A DNA stretch of 64,000 bases from Gammaproteobacteria bacterium (lineage in GTDB: Bacteria; Pseudomonadota; Gammaproteobacteria; Ga0077536), in the NCBI GenBank assembly GCA_016191285.1, contig JACPPA010000057.1:977-64976 (forward strand), written 5' to 3'. The notes under the pieces are model-generated. The model had not been told where the DNA came from and made no database searches. It saw only the letters and a program-made list of their open reading frames with translations. Shown one piece after another: positions 57,988 through 64,000 of the stretch (position 1 is its first letter; every line of letters begins with the position of its first letter). The translations under genes were made by a program, and so were the position numbers.

Positions 57988-58746
57988 ATGAACGATTCCT
58001 TACTCGCATTAACTTCGTCGCCAATCGTCGAAGCGGTGCTTGATATCGACTGCGATATGCCACCCGCGACGAATCTTGCTGCGTTGGAACCGACGGCTAC
58101 GCGCGTGTTCGGCGATCAATATCCCACAGCCAAAACGCAAATCGCGCAAGAGACGCAAATAGAATCACGAGGCCAGGAATTTCCAAGGGTTACCACAACG
58201 CATGGCCTTGCAGCGCTGCAGTTTTTCAGTGACGACGACAAACAACTGGTCCAATTGCGCTTACAAGGCTATTCGTTCAATAGGCTTACGCCGTATTCGA
58301 GTTTAGATGATTATCTGCCTGAGATTGAGCGCACGTGGCGGCTGTTCTTGACGTTGGCTGCACCGATTAAAGTTAGCCGCATACGGCTGCGCTACATCAA
58401 CCGGCTGCTACTACCGTTAACGGAGGGTAAAGTTGGGCTGGACGAATTTTTACGTCTAGGTCCGCGGTTACCCGATGACGCGACGCTAGTGTTTTCCAGC
58501 TTCTTCAATCAGCATGTCCTGAGCGAACCGGTGACCGGCAATGTCGTCAAAGTTATCATGGCGTCCCAGCTCCCTGAGAACCACGCTTTGCCCCTGATTT
58601 TGGATATCGAGGCCGAACGGCCATGCGCGATTGAACCGAATGATTGGACGAAAATAGCACAGCGGATAGATTCATTGCGGGCACTGAAGAACCTTGTTTT
58701 TAGAAAATCCTTAACCGAACCATGCTTAAACCGATATCGACAGTAG
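57988..58746 (+). CDS. Uncharacterised protein resembling the TIGR04255 family (first gene of a low-GC three-gene cassette)
   Basis: 252 aa; IRLRYINRL motif recalled for TIGR04255-type proteins (tentative); local GC ~45-50% versus ~65% in flanking genes. Confidence 0.5.
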   Translation: MNDSLLALTSSPIVEAVLDIDCDMPPATNLAALEPTATRVFGDQYPTAKTQIAQETQIESRGQEFPRVTTTHGLAALQFFSDDDKQLVQLRLQGYSFNRLTPYSSLDDYLPEIERTWRLFLTLAAPIKVSRIRLRYINRLLLPLTEGKVGLDEFLRLGPRLPDDATLVFSSFFNQHVLSEPVTGNVVKVIMASQLPENHALPLILDIEAERPCAIEPNDWTKIAQRIDSLRALKNLVFRKSLTEPCLNRYRQ

Positions 58747-59264
58747 GCGCACAGGTTGGCTTAGCGCTGCTCTATTCGCTGGCGCGACCAGGTACGGCAA
58801 TCTCGAACGAGGCTGCTCTGGTGCAAACGGCGGCGAATCGCGCGATGGATTCGGTCGAGCGGTCGCGCGCGTTATTCGGCAACAAGGCAACGGCCATTTC
58901 GCAGGTATGGGCGCTTGCGCAAGAATGCAGCGTGGAAGATTGGGATGGTAATGGTTCGCTGCCGATTAAACCCGTTTCAGTGCATAGAGCAATCGCACTC
59001 ATTCGCGCGCTTCCGGCTGATATGCCCTTGCCTGAGTTCGCGCCAGACCCCGATGGCGCGATTTCACTTGATTGGATTCGATCGCGAAGCCGCCTGTTCT
59101 CTTTGAGCGTCGGCGATAGCGACCGGCTCGCCTATGCCTGGCTCGACGGATCAGATAGCGGGCATGGTGTCGCGCGCTTTGATGGAGAGGCGCTACCGCT
59201 CCGAGTACTGCAAGGTATCGCCTCGATAATGGAATTCAATGACGCTGCCATCGGGATTGTCTGA
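58722..59264 (+). CDS. Hypothetical protein (cassette gene 2; start uncertain, possibly the GTG near 58821)
   Basis: ORF overlaps gene 1 by 25 nt and gene 3 by 26 nt; no recognisable domain. Confidence 0.4.
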   Translation: MLKPISTVGAQVGLALLYSLARPGTAISNEAALVQTAANRAMDSVERSRALFGNKATAISQVWALAQECSVEDWDGNGSLPIKPVSVHRAIALIRALPADMPLPEFAPDPDGAISLDWIRSRSRLFSLSVGDSDRLAYAWLDGSDSGHGVARFDGEALPLRVLQGIASIMEFNDAAIGIV

Positions 59265-59649
59265 CTCCGTCGCGGACAGCGAGCCGCTAGCTCGCTTTCT
59301 AACCTCGAGCAGCCAATTCAACGTCAGCGGCGTGAAGCCTTCGGTCTTTTTGCCCAACCCGAAAAATAATCAAACGTCGGTTTTCCGCCACGGCGCAGAG
59401 CCGCGTGAAGCACTATGGCGCATTGCGCGTGAATACGCCGTCGGCGATCGACCACTACATGGCGCAGCGGTGTGCTTGGCGGGAGATGTTCGCGCCGTGC
59501 TCCTCGAGGTAAACCCAAAAGAACCGCCGCCCGGTCACGCAAATATCGAAAACTGGTCTGTAAATAAAAACGACCCTGAGCTGACGAAGGCGACTCAGAA
59601 GGAGCTGGCGACGAAGATTGCCCAACGCGCGACTCTGGTGCAATTTTAG
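59239..59649 (+). CDS. Hypothetical protein (cassette gene 3)
   Basis: 136-aa ORF; no recognisable domain; low GC like genes 1 and 2. Confidence 0.4.
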   Translation: MTLPSGLSDSVADSEPLARFLTSSSQFNVSGVKPSVFLPNPKNNQTSVFRHGAEPREALWRIAREYAVGDRPLHGAAVCLAGDVRAVLLEVNPKEPPPGHANIENWSVNKNDPELTKATQKELATKIAQRATLVQF

Positions 59650-59670
59650 CGCCGTGCAGCTCAGTTTCGA

Positions 59671-60450
59671 TCAGCCGATAGTGGCGCCGCCATCGACGAT
59701 GAAATTCTGTCCGGTGGTGAAGCTGCTCGCACGCGAGGCAAGATAGACCGCGATGCCGGCGACTTCCTCCGGCTCGCCGATTCGGCGCAGGGGATCGTGC
59801 TCGGTGCGGCGTGCGAGTGTCTCGGGGTTCTCCCATAGCGCGCGTGCAAAGTCGGTGCGAATGAGGCCGGGCGAAATGGCATTAACGCGAATGTTGTGCG
59901 GTCCGTTCTCGACGGCGAGGTTGCGCACCAGCTGCAGATCGGCGGCTTTGGAGATGCAGTACGCGCCGAGCGTGCGGTGACCGCGCAGACCGCCGATGGA
60001 GGACACGATGATGATGGTACCGTCGCGCCGTTCGATCATCTCCGGCAGCACCAGCTGACACAGCCAGTGATTGGCGAGGATGTTGATGTCGAGAATTTTC
60101 TCGAACGCGGAATCCGGCAGATCGCGCATGGGGCCGTACGCAGGATTGACTGCGGCATTGCAGATCAAAATGTCGATACGCCCGAGCTGTGCTTGAGTTT
60201 CGCGAACCAGGCGCGCTAATTCCTCCCGCTGTCCGATATGCGCGGGAATGGCGATCGCGCGACCGGCCTGACCGGCGAGTTCCGCGTTGATGGTGGCGGC
60301 GACATCGGCACACACGTCGCCCTTGCGACTTGAGATTACAACCGTCGCGCCGTGGCGCGCCATTTCTTCGGCGATGGCGCGGCCGATGCCTTTGCTCGAA
60401 CCGGTGATCAACGCCGTTTTGCCAGTGAGATCGAATAAGGTACTAGCCAT
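59671..60450 (-). CDS. SDR family oxidoreductase
   Basis: TGSSKGIG glycine motif; NAA; YxxxK. Confidence 0.9.
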   Translation of the reverse strand: MASTLFDLTGKTALITGSSKGIGRAIAEEMARHGATVVISSRKGDVCADVAATINAELAGQAGRAIAIPAHIGQREELARLVRETQAQLGRIDILICNAAVNPAYGPMRDLPDSAFEKILDINILANHWLCQLVLPEMIERRDGTIIIVSSIGGLRGHRTLGAYCISKAADLQLVRNLAVENGPHNIRVNAISPGLIRTDFARALWENPETLARRTEHDPLRRIGEPEEVAGIAVYLASRASSFTTGQNFIVDGGATIG

Positions 60451-60479
60451 CGCCGGATCAATTCCGCGTTGTGTTTACG

Positions 60480-61349
60480 CTATAAGCTCGCCGCATTGAA
60501 GGTATCGCATTGCTTCATGTCGCCGCTCTCGATACCGCGCTTGAACCAGCGCACGCGCTGTTCAGAGGTGCCGTGCGTAAACGATTCCGGCACGGCGTAG
60601 CCTTGGGCTTGCTTCTGCAAACGATCATCGCCGATGGCGGTGGCGGCGGCGAGCGCCTGCTCGATTTCGCCGGGTTCGAGAATGTGTTTCATCGCGTCCG
60701 CGCGCTGGCCCCAAACCCCGGCATAACAATCGGCTTGGAGTTCCATGCGTACCGACAGCGCATTGGCTTCGGCGCGGCCACCGCGCGCCTGGGCGGCGTG
60801 CACCTTGTCGGCGGTGCCGAGCAGATTTTGGACGTGATGGCCGACTTCATGCGCGATGACATACGCTTCCGCGAATTCGCCTGGAGCGTGGAAGCGTTCT
60901 TGGAGTTCACGATAAAACGCCAAATCGATATAAACCTTTTGATCGCCCGGACAGTAGAACGGGCCCATCGCGGTTTGCCCGGTGCCACACGCAGTCGGTG
61001 TCTCGCCGGTGAACAACACAAGTTTGGGTTCGGCATAGGTGGCGCCACTGGCTTGGAAAATCGCGCGCCACGTGTCCTCGGTATCGGCCAATATTTTTGA
61101 TACGAAGTGCGCCTGGGTATCGTTGGCCGGTGGGGCACGCGCGGGGGCTTCGGCAGAGGTGCCGCCATCAACGCCGGACAGGATGTTGAGCACCGTACTC
61201 GGGCTTACGCCCAGAAAATAACTCGCGGCTAGCGCGATAACGATCGAGCCGATGCCCACATGGCGCGCGCCAATACCGCCACCCCCGCTGTAGCCCTCAC
61301 CCCGGCGATCTTCGACGTTCTGGCTCTCGCGTTGGTCTTCTAAGCGCAT
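60480..61349 (-). CDS. YpfJ-family neutral zinc metallopeptidase
   Basis: HEXXH (IAHEVGHHV); N-terminal TM segment; PF04228-like sequence. Confidence 0.85.
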   Translation of the reverse strand: MRLEDQRESQNVEDRRGEGYSGGGGIGARHVGIGSIVIALAASYFLGVSPSTVLNILSGVDGGTSAEAPARAPPANDTQAHFVSKILADTEDTWRAIFQASGATYAEPKLVLFTGETPTACGTGQTAMGPFYCPGDQKVYIDLAFYRELQERFHAPGEFAEAYVIAHEVGHHVQNLLGTADKVHAAQARGGRAEANALSVRMELQADCYAGVWGQRADAMKHILEPGEIEQALAAATAIGDDRLQKQAQGYAVPESFTHGTSEQRVRWFKRGIESGDMKQCDTFNAASL

Positions 61350-61558
61350 CGGCGTGTCCCCGGCTGGTTGTGTTGAGCGGGATCGTACGCGAAAAGGCTT
61401 AGCCGGGGGCTAACCCACTCGAGACCGCAGAGCGCGCGATCTCGCCGGTGCCCGACATCACGTGCAATTGCCCCTGGTCGAGGATGCCGGCCGCCCGCCG
61501 CCTGCTGCTCGGCATGACGCTTCGGAATCCGATGTTTTAGAATTCTTCCGTTGCTATC

Positions 61559-61620
61559 GTGGGAGCGGCTTTAGCGGCGAATCTTCATTGAACTCCATTC
61601 GCGGCTAAAGCCGCTCCCAC
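61559..61620. repeat. REP-like palindromic element, canonical copy
   Basis: gtgggagcggctttagcggcgaatcttcat ... attcgcggctaaagccgctcccac. Confidence 0.8.
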
Positions 61621-61735
61621 AATGTGGCATTCCACAATGCGGCTTCTACAAACCGCCGCCAGCAGTACGCGAATTATGTAGGTTCGATGCGGGACACCAC
61701 ACGGCCAATTGATTCAAAATAACGCCCAGGCGGTG

Positions 61736-61770
61736 TTAAGGAAGCTCTGCCTTTTGCAGAGCTTCCTTAA
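61736..61770. promoter_or_regulatory. Perfect 15-bp-stem palindrome (ttaaggaagctctgc cttttgcagagcttccttaa) 33 bp upstream of the beta-propeller gene; second copy of the element nested in the 18.2-kb hairpin cluster
   Basis: Exact inverted arms with 5-nt loop; identical core to 18331-18357. Confidence 0.6.
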
Positions 61771-61803
61771 ATGGTTGGACGTTAAACTCGAAGCGAGGCA
61801 TTT

Positions 61804-63411
61804 ATGAATCCAGGACGCTACCCCATTTCCGCCACGACAACGGCTCGCGCCACACCGGGATGGAGCTTAAACACGGCGTTGGCGCCCAGTGCCTTGTTCG
61901 GCGCCAACGGCATGAAATTCGGACCCGATGGCCAACTCTATGTGGCGCAGGCCTTCGGCAGTCAAATCAGCGCACTAAATCCCGAGACGGGGGCGGCGCG
62001 CACCATCGTGCCCGTCGGCAGCGCGGTGGTGGCGCCCGATGATCTTGCGTTTGATACGCATGGCGTGCTGTACATCACCGAAGTCATGAGCGAGCGGGTC
62101 AGCGCACGCCTGCCGGACGGCACGTTGCGCGTGATCGCGGACAACGTGCCGGTTGCCAATGGCATCACGACGCACGGCGATCGTATTTTCATGGATGAGT
62201 TTCGCGTGGGCGGTCGCGTGCTGGAGCTTTTTGCAGATGGCCGCACGCCGCGCGTGATCGCCGAGAATCTCAGGTTACCCAACGCGCTCGCGATGGGCCC
62301 TGATGGCCATCTGTATTTCCCGCAGGTGGCGAACGGCGAGATCTGGCGGGTGGCGGCGGAGGGCGGTCTGCCCGAGCGCGTGACCGCAGGTCTCGCGTTG
62401 CCGACTGCCGCGAAGTTCAGTCCACGCGGCGAGCTTTACACCGTTGAGGCGGCCTCGGGCGATATCACCCGGATCGATCTCCAAACTCGCACTAAGACCA
62501 CGATCGCCAAAGTGCGGCCTGGCATCGACAACTTCGCGTTTACCGCCGATGGTCGACTCTTCGTTTCGCACTTCATCGACGGTGGGGTGGCCGAAATCGA
62601 GGCCGACGGTCGCGAACGGATTCTGGTTGCCGCTGGCTTGCTCGGGCCGTTCGGTCTTGCCACCGGTGCCGATGGTACGTTGTATATCGCCGACGGCATG
62701 AGTCTCGCCGTGCATAAAGCCGATGGCAGCTTGGCAGCGCGTCCGGCCTTGCTGGTGAATCATGATTTTCCAGGCTTCGCGCGCGGCGTTGCCGTGGATG
62801 CCGCTGGGGCGTGCTATCTGACGACCAGCGCGGGCACGGTGGCGCGTTATCTTGCCGGGCAGGAAACGAAGGCCCTTGCGACATCGCTTAACCTTGCCAC
62901 TGGAATTGCACTTGCGGCTGATGGTAGCGTCATTGTGTGTGAGACCGGTGCCGGCCGCGTGTTGAAAATTTCGATGGAGGGTAAAACCACCACCCTGGCG
63001 CGCGGCCTCGCGAGTCCGGTTGGCGTGGTGGCGTTGCCCGATGGCTCGTGTTTCGTCTCGGAATCGGCGGCCGGGCGAGTTGTTCATGTGCAAGGTGGCA
63101 ATGTCACGCCCGTTCTCGCCGGACTGCGCGAACCACACGGTCTCGCGCAGCTCGGCGATACGCTCTTCGTGCTCGATCGCGCCGCGAAAACTTTGACTCA
63201 ATTCACGCGGTCAACCGGCCAGACTGAACTCGTGGCGGAATATTTACCGGTGGGTGCGGCGCCCGGCATCGTGCCCAAAACGCTGCCGGGTATTGCGGAT
63301 GTGATGCCGGGTCCGTTGTTGCCGTTTTCTGATCTCGCGGCCACCGCCGATGGACGAATTCTGATCGGCGCGGATGGCGCCGGTGCGGTGTTGGCCGTGA
63401 CGCGGAAATGA
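61804..63411 (+). CDS. SMP-30/gluconolactonase/LRE-like or NHL-repeat double beta-propeller protein
   Basis: 535 aa with repeated ~45-aa blades (…DG.LY..D…G.V.R…); no signal of other domains. Confidence 0.7.
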   Translation: MNPGRYPISATTTARATPGWSLNTALAPSALFGANGMKFGPDGQLYVAQAFGSQISALNPETGAARTIVPVGSAVVAPDDLAFDTHGVLYITEVMSERVSARLPDGTLRVIADNVPVANGITTHGDRIFMDEFRVGGRVLELFADGRTPRVIAENLRLPNALAMGPDGHLYFPQVANGEIWRVAAEGGLPERVTAGLALPTAAKFSPRGELYTVEAASGDITRIDLQTRTKTTIAKVRPGIDNFAFTADGRLFVSHFIDGGVAEIEADGRERILVAAGLLGPFGLATGADGTLYIADGMSLAVHKADGSLAARPALLVNHDFPGFARGVAVDAAGACYLTTSAGTVARYLAGQETKALATSLNLATGIALAADGSVIVCETGAGRVLKISMEGKTTTLARGLASPVGVVALPDGSCFVSESAAGRVVHVQGGNVTPVLAGLREPHGLAQLGDTLFVLDRAAKTLTQFTRSTGQTELVAEYLPVGAAPGIVPKTLPGIADVMPGPLLPFSDLAATADGRILIGADGAGAVLAVTRK

Positions 63412-63622
63412 AGATCCCCAACCCCTAAAGAGTGGTCTGGAGTCTGCTCATGCGAACGTTGATTCAACACCGTCGTGGCCGTACCACGCGGCAGTCGCAT
63501 CGCGATCTCGATGACATGCTGGTGACGAATTAACCCAGGATGGTTTCGATGGACGTTCCGCCGTTCTCTACCGCGCCAATGATCCCACCAAGTGTCGCGC
63601 GACCGGCCGCTTCCGGACGACG

Positions 63623-63997
63623 ATGGTGCAAAGTTCGGCACTTATGACCAACGATTTCAACGATCCCGCCGGCCTACCGCAGCGCTTGTTTTATAACGCG
63701 GATTGCGCGATCTGGTGTTCGCGCCGCAACGCCTCGATGCCGTATTACCGCCGCAATGTGGATGGTGACGAGTGCTGGCTTGTGCATCGGGGGCGCGGTA
63801 CGGTGGAAACGGAATTCGGACCGCTCGCCTTCGAATCCGGTGACTATGTGGTGATCCCGAAATCGATCACCCATCGCTGGGTGATGGCGAGTACTGAATC
63901 GGTGCTATTCGGCTGCGAGACGATCGGCGAGCTAAGCGCGCTGCGCCGACGAATGGGAACAACACCCGCGGCTCGAATGGGAAATGATCATGATTGA
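63623..63997 (+). CDS. Cupin domain protein
   Basis: 124 aa; cupin-like G..H.H...E....G pattern weakly present (WLVHRGRGTVETEFG...GDYVVIP). Confidence 0.45.
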   Translation: MVQSSALMTNDFNDPAGLPQRLFYNADCAIWCSRRNASMPYYRRNVDGDECWLVHRGRGTVETEFGPLAFESGDYVVIPKSITHRWVMASTESVLFGCETIGELSALRRRMGTTPAARMGNDHD

Positions 63998-64000
63998 AAC

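Noticed and set aside
63198-63641. 147-aa Arg/Trp-rich ORF antisense to the end of the beta-propeller gene
   Set aside because: Composition-driven spurious ORF; no start context or homology.

Overview
This is a high-GC (roughly 60-65%) bacterial window of dense, mostly intact catabolic and oxidoreductase genes, interrupted by several decayed or horizontally acquired segments. The organism is probably proteobacterial; that is an inference from the REP/RAYT elements, DUF1840, YnfA and pntAB/actP-yjcH context. Main intact content, in window order: an SDR, a Rieske ring-hydroxylating dioxygenase alpha gene and a beta gene carrying an in-frame TAG; folE; an acyl-CoA dehydrogenase and SDRs; a hepT/mntA toxin-antitoxin pair; two LLM flavin monooxygenases; a CocE/NonD hydrolase; CMD and MaoC proteins; vapBC; a complete four-component soluble di-iron monooxygenase operon (alpha, beta, coupling protein, reductase, propane/Mim-type) with a divergent AraC regulator; tRNA-Arg; pntAB; an actP-DUF485 pair; a metE-like gene; an orphan histidine-kinase core; two cytochrome P450s; an epoxide hydrolase; a family III CoA-transferase; a DDN-like nitroreductase; EthD; an amidohydrolase; GSTs; eutBC plus a permease; and a YpfJ-type peptidase. 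Decayed or mobile content: a second, degraded locus holding a di-iron monooxygenase alpha C-terminal fragment and a MalT/LuxR regulator pseudogene (two frameshifts and an in-frame TAG); an ISCR/IS91-type rolling-circle transposase remnant beside a truncated ferredoxin; a RAYT (REP-associated tyrosine transposase) element inserted at a truncated acyl-CoA ligase gene; an integrase fragment and att-like repeat next to tRNA-Arg; and a DUF485'-actP' duplication scar. Repeats: a palindromic REP family (GTGGGAGCCGCTTTAGCGGCGAA...) in at least seven copies; a second, nested palindrome family seen at 18.2 kb and 61.7 kb; and a roughly 50-bp tandem array whose units each carry a 20-bp palindrome (42.5 kb). 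The most candidate-novel item is a low-GC three-gene overlapping cassette at 57988-59649 (a TIGR04255-like protein plus two unknowns). No rRNA genes or CRISPR arrays were seen.
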